64,000 nucleotides of DNA from Cyanidioschyzon merolae (lineage: Eukaryota): assembly GCA_000091205.1 (NCBI GenBank), contig AP006500.2; one strand, 5' to 3'. The notes under the pieces are model-generated. The model saw only the letters and a program-made list of their open reading frames with translations. It had not been told where the DNA came from and searched no databases. Numbering within the stretch: position 1 is the stretch's first letter; each line of letters opens with the position of its first letter. This document shows positions 32,780 to 44,219 of this stretch, in pieces. The translations under genes were made by a program, and so were the position numbers.

Positions 32780-34816
32780 GGGGAGCGGCACTCTAGCGGT
32801 TGCTTGGACACCACCAGCTCTTTCTGGGTGCATATCTGAGCCCGCATGCGCCAGCGCCTGCGTTTCGAAACGTGTGGAACGGACCCATGCCAGCCTATGT
32901 GACGACAGACCAAGCACCGAAGCGATGGATCCGAGTTCGTCTTGGAACTCTTGAAGCAGCGCCGGGTCCTCGTTGAAAACAGCATGCAGTGGTATTGCTG
33001 GTGGCTTTTCTTCGTGGGCGAGACGTTCCACTTCGCTAAGCGTGATGCTGGACGTCGTTGCCGACGGAGCCTCTTGGTCGAGCAGCCAACGATAAAAGAG
33101 CGCCCGAGCGCGCACCTCGGGGCGTCCGCTCTGCGCGATAGCCACCTGGCACGTGTGCTCCAGGGCCGCTGCAGCAGCACGAAGCTCACTGACCGCCTCA
33201 GGCGTCGACTTGCTAGCCGCGCGCTGCCGAGCACGCCCATACAAACGCGCCAGACTCGATAGTATTTGACTCTGGACGGAATGCGTCTCCGACAGAAACC
33301 CAGCCTCCTGCTCCGCTGCCCAAATGGACCCACGAAGCACATCACAAAAAATGAGTGGTGCGTATGCGCCTACCAGCCAGAGCAGGGCAACACGTGCTCG
33401 CTCATCTTCGAAGCGAACGAGTGCCACTTGGCCATGCTCGTCGTCTGGAGCGGTTGCGAGCTGCACAAATTTCTCTGCTGCTGCCTGGAAGCGATTACCG
33501 TACTGACGGAGAAGCACGGTGACCGCCACCAGCACGCGCTCTGTCATCTGCGGTGCACCGCGTCGCGCAAGGCTCAGCAAAGCCTCTACCGCGGCAGGCG
33601 CAGCGGCCTCGCACCGCAGGCCCGCAAAGCCGATAGCGTCAACGGCGCGTGTCGCCAGGTTTTGCTCGACGTCGTTCGCATAGCGCTGCAGCTCCGCGAG
33701 TATCGCATTCGCATTTGCCGCATTCAACACGTACATGAGAAGGCCGATTTTTTCCTGTTTCACATAACTAGGCTCATTAAAATCACAGAAAAAGCTCTGA
33801 TAGTGCTTTTCTAGATAGGCTGAATTGGTATGCATGAAAATATGCAGGATCCGGAGTGCAACGTATGCAACCTCTGGCGGCTGCGCACTCGATACCAAAG
33901 ACACCAGTGCCGGAAGCATCTTGCGCGTTTTGAAATCACCGCTGCTTGATTCGCTCAATGCTGTGGGGAAGCGCTCCAGTAAACGCCACAGGATCCGAAT
34001 CGTCATGAGGACGACGGCGCAGTTTGCGTGTTGAAGTCGCGAGGTCAGACGCTCGACGATGATTTTCGCCTCAGCAGCGTGCTGGGGATCGTACAGCGAT
34101 AACGCCTCAAGCAGGGTCAGCTGACCCCATTCACCACAGTCCGGAAGCGCAACCAGGAGTCTTCGAATATGGGTCGCTTCGAGCGACAAGTGGCTGCGCG
34201 CAGCGTCATCGCGTTGCGCTGCTCTTCGGCGGATATCCAACCAGGCAGCGATCGCGTTACTGAGGACCACGGCATTGCCGTCTTGAAGAAGGTTGCGAAG
34301 CGCATCTAAAAAGCCGCCCTCTATTGCAACGGTAGGATTCACATCATAGAGTTTGGCGACAGCGAGTGCTGCAGTCTTTCGAACGTAGGGGTCTGGATCG
34401 GTGAGCGCTTGTCGCAGCGGCGGCACCAGGTACTCTGCAATGCGCTCCAGTCGAATGCAACTCATCGTTCGGATAGCGATTGCTCGGATCAGGGGATTGG
34501 GATCCTGCGCATCCTTCACGAAACTGTTGACGGCGAGGATCGCGAGATCCGGCTGATTCTTGGCGTAGTACATGATGTAGAGGTAAACGAGCTTTTTCAT
34601 CTGGAGGTTACTTGTCTGGCCGCAGTTTACCACATCGGTGAACAGCGGCGCCATATCCTTGCCAACGGTCATCGATGCGATAGTCTGTCGCAGAGCGTGC
34701 TTCCGAACCGTGGAGGACGAAGCGTGCAGGTCTTCGCGAATTTCCGAAACCTCGCCCCGCTTTCCACCAGTGAAGAAGTGTAGCGCACGCTTCTTCAAGG
34801 ACGATAAGCTTGCCAT
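31910..34816 (-). CDS. AP-complex beta-adaptin large subunit (AP-1/AP-2 beta type)
   Basis: ATG at 34816 (reverse complement of cat at 34814-34816). The N-terminal 200 aa are collinear with beta-adaptins: TVGKDMAPLFTDVVNCGQTSNLQMKKLVYLYIMYYAKNQPDLAILAVNSFVKDAQDPNPLIRAIAIRTMSCIRLERIAEYLVPPLRQALTDPDPYVRKTAALAVAKLYD. 968 aa. Confidence 0.88.
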
Positions 34817-36189
34817 GGTAGCCTTTAACTCCGATGGTGCTGCGAAGATGAACTCGCTGGGTGACTTGGATCGTTCCCCAGGCCGGTTATACTGCGTTTT
34901 AACGTGCAGTCGATAGCACGGCTGCTCGGGAGCGAGGAGTCCGCGCTCTCAGTTGCCTGACGTCAGCGTAGGAGTGCTTAACGCTGAGCTTCAAGACCGT
35001 TGTCTGCAGAACCTCGTTTGGTTTCTGGCTTTCTCAGTCTGTGGAGAGAACTTGCACAGAATCGTCGGCCCCAACGCAGTGAACGTTACCTATTGAGTGC
35101 GTCGAGGCACATGGGCAACTCGCGAGTCGAAACGGTGCGCCGCCTCAATGGCGAACGCCAGCCACGCGCAGGTACCAGTCCGGTGCTACTGGGTGCTGTG
35201 TGCACCCTCTCGACAGGCCTCGTGTTTACCGCGAGTGCAGCCGTTGGCATCGCTGGGAATAACGTCAACGACGGCTTCGAAGCTTCTCTCATGCACGATA
35301 GAGTTTCCTAGTGTTTTTTAGTCAACGGAGCAGCGCCAGACAAGTTTCGTAGCAACGGTGCGTAACTGCCTGCTCGCTGAGTCGCATCGGCAGAGGCTGT
35401 GTTGCTGGGTTTTGGGTGTTGGAAAAGTTTGTTCGGATGGCAACTGGATCATCACCTAAATTCTGCGTTCGGTAGCCTCTCTGGTCCGTATGGGAAATGG
35501 CAGGCGGTTATCGTGGAGAGATCTCGGGGGGTGTGAAGGCATCCAAACGTGATATTTTTCTGCTTTCACAGCAATGAGGGAACGAGCGGCATCGTGAAAA
35601 CACTGCAACTGGGGTGTAGATTGCCCCGAGCACCGTCACTGCCGCTACAGGTCATTTCCATGCCCGAACAAGATAAGAGCTGCACTAGCACGAGGTGACG
35701 AGCTCAGCGAGCGTCTTCGCATGAGCATCGGAAACTCCGGAAACCAACGACGACGTTGAGCATGCCCTCATAGGTCCAGCGGCATGCATCGCCGCATCAA
35801 CGCATAACTGCGGAAAACAGGAAGAGAGCGAAAATCCGCAGCCTGCGTGATTTGCGCATGCTCCACGTAAGGAAACAACAAACGCGGCGACGTTTACGTC
35901 GTCCTTCGATCACGATATCGGTTCGTGAAGGAACGATGGTTCGAGCACGTTGCGACTCTTCGGGAATACGCTGACGAAACGAATACCAGCGGCATTGCGT
36001 CGAATGATCCACTCCGAAAAGACGACCGTGATTCCTCCAACTTCATACCCCATCCGCAAGCACGTATAGTTGCACTTGGTATGAGGATTCTGCAGATCTA
36101 TTCAAAGTTTGGAACCAGCCGCAAAGCAAGAACGAAGCGAGCACTACCATAGCCCATAGAGACGGGACACCGCCAGAGATCATAGCACA

Positions 36190-36520
36190 CCGGGCGACAC
36201 AATGCATCCATCGATGAATGCCGGGAAGTATCGTCCAATAATATTCATTATTGACGCAATTTTCGAAGCAACCCGACACAATGCATCCATCGATGAATGC
36301 CGGGAAGTATCGTCCAATAATATTCATTATTGACCCAATTTTCGAAGCAACCCGACACGATGCATCCATCGATGAATGCAAGGAAGTATCGTCCAATGAT
36401 ATTCATTATTGACCCAATTTTCGAAGCAACCCGACACGATGCATCCATCGATGAATGCCGGGAAGTATCGTCCAATAATATTCATTATTGACCCAATTTT
36501 CGAAGCAATCCCCTGCGGGA
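36190..36520. repeat. Tandem array, 4 copies of an 81-bp AT-richer unit containing two near-palindromes, about 150 bp upstream of the NusG-like ATG
   Basis: Unit gacacRatgcatccatcgatgaatgccgggaagtatcgtccaataatattcattattgacccaattttcgaagcaaccc repeated from about 36193, 36276, 36356 and 36437. Near-palindromes: gcatccatcgatgaatgc and aataatattcattatt. Confidence 0.9.
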
Positions 36521-36667
36521 CACGTTTCCATCCAGCGCCGCCTCTGAGCGCGTCGCGGCGCTTTCTCAAGCGCTATCCCGGTCGCGTTCGCGTTGCTGGA
36601 ATATGCGGAGCAACGCTCATACCGACTAGACGCTGGACTGCATACCGCTCGAGCTGGTACCGCTACT

Positions 36668-37978
36668 ATGTTTACGGAGGCAGCGATACCGTTCCCTTGG
36701 CGACAACGAGGGACCAGGCTTATGGCCTGTTCCGGGCGCGAGTTCCTGTGTGGGTTGCGACGCTGGAACTCGAGCTGTAACACGTTGCGAGAACCGCAAC
36801 AGGCTACGGTGCGGCAGCTGCTCACCATGCGTGGTCGAAAGAAGAGCAGCAAAGAGGCAGAGCTGCAGCGTGACGATGACGTGACAAAAGCGGCCTCGGG
36901 AAAGGAGGCCACAGCGGCGGCGGCAGCGGCGGCAGAGGGCTCTGAGCAAGCTGCGGCCTCGGATGCTGCCGGTGTGTTGCGGGACATGCCTGCAGTGCTG
37001 CGAGAGCGGCCACACTGGTACCTCGTGCAGACGGTACCTGGGCTCGAGGATAACGTACGAATCACGCTTGAGGCGAAGGTGCGCAATACGCCGTCGATGA
37101 CGGATAAAATCACGCAAGTGATCGTGCCCAAGCTGAAGGCGATGCAGCTTTCTGCGGGCGGTGAGCGTGTCGAGTTCGAAGAAAAAGTTTTTCCTTGCTA
37201 TGTCATGGTAGAGATGGTGCTAAACGAGGAGACCTGGGAGTTTGTTCGCTCAACTGCCTATGTTGTTCAGTTCGTAGGCCGGGACCGTGCTCGTCGATCG
37301 CGGGCGGGTGGGGTCGTCGGCGGACGCGGTCTCGTCCAACCGCAACCGCTTTCAGAGAGCGAAGTGCGTCGAATATTCGATCAGATCTCCGTAGGATCAT
37401 CCATTGTCTCGCAGGAGCTGAAAATCCAGGCCGGTGACTTTGTAAGGGTGCGGCAGGGGAACCTCGCTGGTCACGAAGGAGTCGTAGCCTCGGTTAGCCC
37501 AGGTCGAGGCAAGCTTACTGTGAACCTCCGCTGGCTCAATAGAGACGTGCCTACAGAATTTGGATTAGAAGAGGTCGAGAAGCTCGATCGAAAATTCGTC
37601 GATCTGCCGGCGCCTCCACCAGACGAGGAGTCAGAGGCTGAGCCTAGTGAAGAGAGCGCAGCCACGAAAATACCACGCACCGTACGGCGGGTTCTCCCTG
37701 AGGATCGAGTGGAGGCCCTCGAGGCACTCGCGCGACTTGACTACGATTGGAGAATGCTTGTTGCGATGGAACGTCTGGATCGGGTCCCGATGCAGGCCCT
37801 GCGTCAGTACTGTCGAGCGTATGGGCTGGGAGCATCTGGTCGGAAAGTCGCCCTCATTGAACGTGTTCGACAACACGTCATTGAAGCGATTCGCAAGGAG
37901 GAGGAGCAGGAGGAGCAGGAGCAGGTTGCTGAGAATCCCCCAACGCCCAAAGAGCACTCGGAAACCGTACGCGAATAA
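36668..37978 (+). CDS. Bacterial-type NusG transcription elongation factor homolog (NGN + KOW), nuclear-encoded, with an N-terminal presequence plus KE-rich linker and a C-terminal SAP-like helix extension (probable plastid NusG)
   Basis: The track start 36593 is a TTG; the first ATG is at 36668 (MFTEAAIPFPW). NGN: WYLVQTVPGLEDNVRITLEAK...FPCYVMVEMVLNEETWEFVRSTAYVVQFVG. KOW: IQAGDFVRVRQGNLAGHEGVVASVSPGRGKLTVNLRWLNRDVPTEFGLEEVEKL, collinear with E. coli NusG. C-terminal ALRQYCRAYGLGASGRKVALIERVRQHV is SAP/Rho-N-like. TAA at 37976-37978. Confidence 0.75.
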   Translation: MFTEAAIPFPWRQRGTRLMACSGREFLCGLRRWNSSCNTLREPQQATVRQLLTMRGRKKSSKEAELQRDDDVTKAASGKEATAAAAAAAEGSEQAAASDAAGVLRDMPAVLRERPHWYLVQTVPGLEDNVRITLEAKVRNTPSMTDKITQVIVPKLKAMQLSAGGERVEFEEKVFPCYVMVEMVLNEETWEFVRSTAYVVQFVGRDRARRSRAGGVVGGRGLVQPQPLSESEVRRIFDQISVGSSIVSQELKIQAGDFVRVRQGNLAGHEGVVASVSPGRGKLTVNLRWLNRDVPTEFGLEEVEKLDRKFVDLPAPPPDEESEAEPSEESAATKIPRTVRRVLPEDRVEALEALARLDYDWRMLVAMERLDRVPMQALRQYCRAYGLGASGRKVALIERVRQHVIEAIRKEEEQEEQEQVAENPPTPKEHSETVRE

Positions 37979-39889
37979 ACATACGGGCGCGACCAAGTAC
38001 TGCGCCCTGGACGCACTGTGGCTGGTCGCGAATGGAAGCCAGCGTGCATCTTTCCGTGAACACGGCATCCCGTGGCAGCAACTGCAGCAGCAGCAGCAGT
38101 AGCTGCAACGGCAGCAGGTACGGAAGCGATTGGGGTTGCGCTCAGCGTCGGGGCGCCAGCCTTGAGCGCCCTTTTGGATGCACACAGCGATCAGCATGGG
38201 CTCCGGGAGCACCAGCTGCTCAAGAGCTCTGGATTATGATCTCTCAGTCGAGGCGCTATCCGCTAGGAACCGCATTTGCGTCGTGTGGCGAGGGCGGGAA
38301 GAGTGCTTGGCACCCGAGACGCTCGGCTGGACTCGGGACGTATGCGGCTGTTGCGATGATCCTCACCACCGTATTCATGAGCGAACGGAACCTTCGAGAT
38401 GTTCAAGTCGTATGTCGCTGCCGCTATGAGCGCAGTAAACACGCTGATCCTAGGATTTGCGGTTAAACGAGCCAGCTGGACCTTGCATGGATGTGTTGCG
38501 AGACTGCTTCCGCAGACAGTCTGCCTAGCTCCACAAGCATAGCGCTGCAGTGCGTCCCCGATGGTGCAGCGAACGCCCGAGGACGCTCCACTCTGACGCG
38601 ATACCGGCATTGTGGGTAGAGCGGACCTTGCCACATCGCCTTTTTCCGCGCTGTGGAAGACGCGCTCGATCGCGGCGCTGCTCACGTTCACACGTGCGAT
38701 GCAACCAGTACTGGATACGATCAGCAGTATCAGGCCGCAAACCCGGGAACGTATGGCGTCGGTACGAAGCGTACAAAGCGGCTGGCTCGCAAGTGCAACG
38801 CGTTCATCGCATTCTGGGGCAAGAAACGCGCTCGCTTCAGGAGGATCCGTCATTCGGGTAGCAGCGGAGACGAATGGCGCCTGCGAGAGGTACGGCGTCG
38901 CGCGGGCGTCTGTGGATACGTCAACGGCACGATGCTGAACCCGAAGACTGGTTTTGAGCGTGTTGAACGCAGGAACGCCAAGGCCAACAGCAACGCTCGT
39001 CGTTTCCGTGGTTGCGTAGAGCTCGCGCGCCTTCACGTGGAACCTGACGCGATCCACGGAGGCGACACCACACAGAAATACTCCACTGCGGACAGAACGG
39101 CAGCATCGGGTATATGGTGGCAACTCGGGTGCAAACACAAACGCTGTTTACACGGCGAGATGCCGGTATGTACGCATACCAGGATAAGAAGAGACGCGTC
39201 TGTCGCGATGACTCGAGCGTGCACCCTAAAATGTTGAGCCTCTTTCCGGTGTCATGAGCATCGGCCGGTGCGGGCTTCTCTACGACTGCTTGGTTTTCCG
39301 CTCTCACGGATCCCTGGATCGAAAAACGCCGGTCTCTCTTTTGTTGTCAGACTCGATGTCGACTGCCCAATGATGCTGATGGCAGTGTTCAGGAAGTCGC
39401 CACAACGTCGCACACAGCTGCTGGCACGGCATGACATGGACTGACAGAAGTTTCCATCTACGCTTTGCTCGCTGAGTTCATCTTCTTTGGGTGCGGCCTC
39501 GGAGCGCATGTCGCATTCGTGACGCATTGCTGTGTGGTGAGGTGCTCCCGTCTATCCACGGGATATCGTTAGCACGCGCGCCCTCTGAGCACTGCCTTGG
39601 GGCCCGTAAACGCTCGCTTCATCGTTCGGTACCCGCAATCGACGGGCGGCCAGACGCCTCCGGTCGATGCTCACTTCCGTTTCCGCGTCACGGGGCGGGA
39701 TTCTATGATCTCGGGCCTTTTCTAGGGAACCTCGCGGACTAGTACGCTGTCTGCTGCACGCGCAAGTGCAAGCAGTCCAATTCGGTAGAGGATCTGTGGC
39801 GCACAATGTTTTCCATGATGAAAAAGATATCAAACGGAAACCAAGGCGAGAGAAGCATCCAAGAGTGATTCCGATACGTCTACAGTGCC

Positions 39890-40100
39890 TTTGTGCAAAG
39901 CGACGACGCAATCTGCACTCGAAATGATCGCTGCAATGACTCAAGTCCGAGTTCAAGGCCGTTTTCCATGCAAGCACAAGGGATGTATGCTGCTGGGCGC
40001 AAATCCCGTGCCAGATACCGTGATGCTGCTTTCAAATGCCGTTTCGCCAATGGCCAGAAAGACAGCAGGATTTTGCCTGTCGAACGATATCGATTCTTTG
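39890..40100 (+). repeat. Copy 2 of the dispersed SINE-like element of about 200 bp
   Basis: See copy 1. Contains gatcgctgcaatgactcaagtccgagttcaaggcc. Confidence 0.5.
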
Positions 40101-40629
40101 ACGTGGCAAGTTCAGTGAACGTGTAGCATCAGTGTGTAGGGCGACTCGTCAATCACGAGGCGCGAACTGCTGCTTCCACCAGTTGCCTTGAAACCAAAAG
40201 ATCGAAAACCAGAATCACATGTGATTTGATCATGGTCCATGTAAGGCAACGAGATGCTTCCTGGACGGAATGTCTGCACTGCACCAGGGTACCGCGGGGC
40301 TACGAACGCTCGTTCGTGCGGGCGCGTCTCGTCGTCTGATGTCGATCGCAATGAAGCTGTGATTTTCAGCTGCGGTTCGTCGAGTGATCCAACACGGAAA
40401 GACTGATCGAAAAATACCTTTAGAACGACGGACGCAATCGTAAGCCCCCGTTTTTCGCCGCACTTTGCCTGCCAAAGCTGTATATCTGAACGTGCTCGAC
40501 AAGGAGCACGCGGCAAGCACCGGACAAACGGCGCGCTAGTCGATGATCGTCGCGCACACTGCGGACCTTCGAGGCGGAATCCGTTGATAACGTGTACATA
40601 AATGTTCATTTGCGGAACAATCGCCCTTA

Positions 40630-42906
40630 ATGGTTGAGTACAAGCCTATATCTTTCTGGACAAATCAGAGACACCATCGACAGCGACCTGCGATGGCATC
40701 CCTGTGGACGCGCGCGGCGGCGCCTCTGTCGCGCACCCAGCACACCCGCGTCCGACGGACAGCTCGCGGATGCGCTTCTGGTGCCGAACACCAGAGGCCG
40801 GTGTTCATGGCAACCACCGCAGAGGCAGCGGCGGCCTTGGCTTCAGATATAACACCCGAGGACTTTGCAGGCTATGAGTGTTTGCTGTGCCAACGCCGGG
40901 GTGCTCTCGTGGTCTGCAGCAACGCAGAGCGGTACACTTGTCGTGCTTGCGTCTGCAGGGCCTGCTTCCGACGCTGGGGCTGGTCGTGGGAGCGCTACAC
41001 AAGCGCCTCGGTTGACGTACCCTTTCTCTGTCCGAGATGTTTGGTGAGCGAGCCCATTCTAAGCTTCGAGACTGGAATGCTAGAGGAGGAGGAGGAGGAG
41101 GCGTCGCCACGCGCGTCAGAAGTTAGCGACACACCAACGTTGAGGGAGAAACTAAGCATGGTACAAGCGTTCTACGCGTGCAGCCGCAGCCCTCTTTTCC
41201 GCAGCGAGGACACGTACCGGAACGGTCGACGCCGTCCTGGGACCAAGTTCGGCACCACAGCATCCGAAACGCTCTCTGGCGTGAAGCGCTCGCCGAATCG
41301 AGTCTGCGTCTGGCGGCGGCTCGACGCTGCACCCGTCGCACGCTACACATCGGATGGGCGCGAGTTCTTCTGTAGACTCGGGGATGGGACGCATAGTCAT
41401 CATCCGCTTTTATGGTGCAGTGCATGTCCGGCAGCGTATCATGCGCCGAGTTGTCTCAGCGCCGCCGCTGCTGCTGCTGCTGCTGCTACATCAGTTACAA
41501 CGACAAGTCTGACATCGGATGAGCAGGAGCAGCAGAACGTTGCGACGACACCACGCACTGGTGTCGACGCAGACCGGCAAACATTCTGGCTCTGTCCGTT
41601 TTGCCGTCGCCAGCGTCTACCATGGTGGCAGAACAGCTCAGAATCAGCACCCGGTACCGTGCTGCAGAAACGACATCGACACCAGCGGGTGCAGCAGCGA
41701 CTGCGACAACCAGCGGCGCTGCTGGAGGCACTCGCGCGCTATTGTCGCAGAACCTGGCCGCCGCGTGTCTTCAGCGGACCCCGGTTCGTAGTGCTCTCTC
41801 TCTTTGACGGTTTGGCATCTGCGCGTCACGCGCTGGCCTTGCTGCAGATACCACCGACGCTCATCCGGTACTACGCTTCCGAGATCGATCGAGACGCACT
41901 GGCTGTGGCACAGTCGCAGTACCCGGACGTGCTTCAGCTGGGGCCAGTCGAGCACCTGGCCGCCTTTGACGACATTCCCGAGCAGATCGATCTGCTGATC
42001 GGCGGCTCACCGTGTACTTCCTTGAGCGGCCTCGGGAAGCGCAAAGGACTGTATCACGGCACATCGGCACTGTTTTTCGAGTTCCTGCGCATCAAACGCG
42101 TCATGAAACCGCGTTTTTACCTGTTCGAAAATGTAGCGTCCATGCGTTGTGCCGACAAGCGTCGCATTCACCAGCTGCTGAACGCGAGCAGACTCAACGA
42201 AGCAAGCACAAGTGCCGACCAACGAAAAAACAGTGTCCTGGTCGAGTTGGATGCAGCCCGTGTGACCGCGAGCCTGCGTCGACGCCTCTATGTGGCGAAC
42301 TTCCCGTTGCCCGCGACGGATGCCGCGCTCCCCGATTGGAACCTGCGTCTCCAAGACGTTCTAGATCGCGACGGTAGTATTGCCGAGTCGGCCAAGGCGT
42401 TCTGTATCACGACGAATAACATGCAGGGTCGTCCAGGAGATTCCCGTTTCAATGTGATTGCAATGCCGGAGCAGGGCGTGCGACGCGGAGTGCGCATCCA
42501 CGAAGCCGAAAAATGTCTCGGCTTTCCGGCAGGCTACACAGCGGTGTTGGCAAAGCGATCCGAGGGAGCAATGCCCCGACGCTGGCGACTCTTGGGGAAT
42601 GCGTTTGCACCACCGTTGATTGCGCTGCTTTTGAGGCCGCTGCTAGAGCACAGCGTGATCGGCGCGTATCTGGAGCGAGCTGCGGTGCTCCCGCACCTCG
42701 AAGCGGCCTGTCGGGAGCAACTCCGGGGTGATCGCCCGGAGGCGAACACGCTTGTGCTCGTGAAGGTTATGCTCCAGAGGCCATCGCATGCCCAGCTCAC
42801 TGGAGACGATGAGGGCACGGTGTCTTGCGAGTCGCGTATGCGCTCCGTGGCGGGCGCTCAGCGCACCAACAGCGATACCTGTCTTGTTCGGGGGAGCACG
42901 AGATAG
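40630..42906 (+). CDS. DNA (cytosine-5)-methyltransferase, DNMT3-like, with N-terminal Cys-rich PHD/ADD-type zinc fingers
   Basis: ATG at 40630, TAG at 42904-42906. Motif I VVLSLFDGLASARHAL, motif IV GGSPCTSLSG (PC), motif VI FYLFENVASM (ENV), motif X RLLGNAFAPPLIALLL. N-terminal Cys clusters: YECLLCQRRGALVVCSNAERYTCRACVCRAC, FLCPRCL, WCSACPAAYHAPSC, FWLCPFCRRQ. Confidence 0.8.
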   Translation: MVEYKPISFWTNQRHHRQRPAMASLWTRAAAPLSRTQHTRVRRTARGCASGAEHQRPVFMATTAEAAAALASDITPEDFAGYECLLCQRRGALVVCSNAERYTCRACVCRACFRRWGWSWERYTSASVDVPFLCPRCLVSEPILSFETGMLEEEEEEASPRASEVSDTPTLREKLSMVQAFYACSRSPLFRSEDTYRNGRRRPGTKFGTTASETLSGVKRSPNRVCVWRRLDAAPVARYTSDGREFFCRLGDGTHSHHPLLWCSACPAAYHAPSCLSAAAAAAAAATSVTTTSLTSDEQEQQNVATTPRTGVDADRQTFWLCPFCRRQRLPWWQNSSESAPGTVLQKRHRHQRVQQRLRQPAALLEALARYCRRTWPPRVFSGPRFVVLSLFDGLASARHALALLQIPPTLIRYYASEIDRDALAVAQSQYPDVLQLGPVEHLAAFDDIPEQIDLLIGGSPCTSLSGLGKRKGLYHGTSALFFEFLRIKRVMKPRFYLFENVASMRCADKRRIHQLLNASRLNEASTSADQRKNSVLVELDAARVTASLRRRLYVANFPLPATDAALPDWNLRLQDVLDRDGSIAESAKAFCITTNNMQGRPGDSRFNVIAMPEQGVRRGVRIHEAEKCLGFPAGYTAVLAKRSEGAMPRRWRLLGNAFAPPLIALLLRPLLEHSVIGAYLERAAVLPHLEAACREQLRGDRPEANTLVLVKVMLQRPSHAQLTGDDEGTVSCESRMRSVAGAQRTNSDTCLVRGSTR

Positions 42907-44219
42907 CGCATTCGCTGCGCTGCGCTGCGCTGCGCTGCGGTATCGAAGGACGCATTCAGTAGCATGCCATTCGACAGCGGAGTCGTTTCGCCGCTCGTCG
43001 CATCTGTGTAGAGGACGCTCTTGCGCCTCAGAGTGCACTTGGCCAGAGCGCTGGATCCAGCCAGCCTCAAATCGACGACGAAAGAGGCGAACGCACCTGT
43101 AGGCTGCTACGACTGCTGTGGGTTGCGCTGACCGCTGTTGCTGCTTCCGATTGCGTGCAGAAACAAAAAACGCGCAGTGCAGAACGGCTTGGTGTCACGG
43201 GACGCACAGGACGTAGGCTCTGGACGCAAATCATCTGCGACTGGTGTCCGGACGCCTCGTGGAGCAACTCCGCTCCACGTCCTGTGCCTGGGTAGATTGC
43301 AGCATGCGATTCCAGCGGGAGCGCTGCTCGCTAGTCAGTGCACCGGGAAAAACATCGCACGAGCACCCAGGTACGGGTCCAGGCCTGGAGCAAGCGACTC
43401 GAACATGCCGTCTGCGCTCTGCTATAGAGGCGTGCAGCGTGCTTCGGGGCGATTGCATCTGGGTCTCGAATACGACCTCGTGCGTTTCGTATCTGTTCGC
43501 TGGCGCGTTCACTCGTGCGTATCGCGTCATCGTTGGCGTTCGTGTATACACATCCGGTGGACGCGTCGATCAAGCGCTGCGAAACGCTTCCCGACGCCTT
43601 GACGAGCATACCGCTCCGAGCTGAACACAGTCTCTCGGACGATGCTAGGCGAGCCAGTAATTCGCGGTGTCAACCAGATAATATCCGAGCTGGGTGCAAG
43701 CGTCATGACGCTGCGACACCAGCAGAACGTGAATGCAGGTCTCGGGAAGTGTCGTACCAGGAAGCTGCACCTCGGATGCACGGCAGCATCCGATCTCTGC
43801 GGTTCCATATCACTTCAGCGCCTCCACGCGAGCGCTCTTCCCTGTCTGTAGACGATATGCATGAGGCTCACGCGACGCGACACCACGCCATGGTTGATCC
43901 CGCGCAGTGCCGTGCGACAAGCAGCAGCAGCAGCAGCAGCAGCAGCATGAACAAGCGCAGCAGTGTCGCGTTCGGAGGTAGCTGATGCGACGCCCCCGCT
44001 TGCCCGCCTCCCCTCGGCACCGCACTATCATCCAAGAAACCGTCCCGCAAGAGATGCGGCAACAACTCGGGTGCTGCACCGAGCGCTGGACGTTGCACTC
44101 TGTGTACAGCATGCGTTCACAATGTGTATAAAACACATCAAGCTCGGCTTTGGAGCTGCTGGTGAGCGCCATACCCGCGCTCCGTACGAGCCGGTGCTCG
44201 TGAAGACGCCCCGCCCCAG

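Noticed and set aside
38263-39237. Overlapping ORFs 38263-39138 (-), 38653-39237 (+), 38550-38861 (+)
   Set aside because: No conserved motifs; the frames conflict. Left unannotated rather than guessing which strand, if any, is coding.
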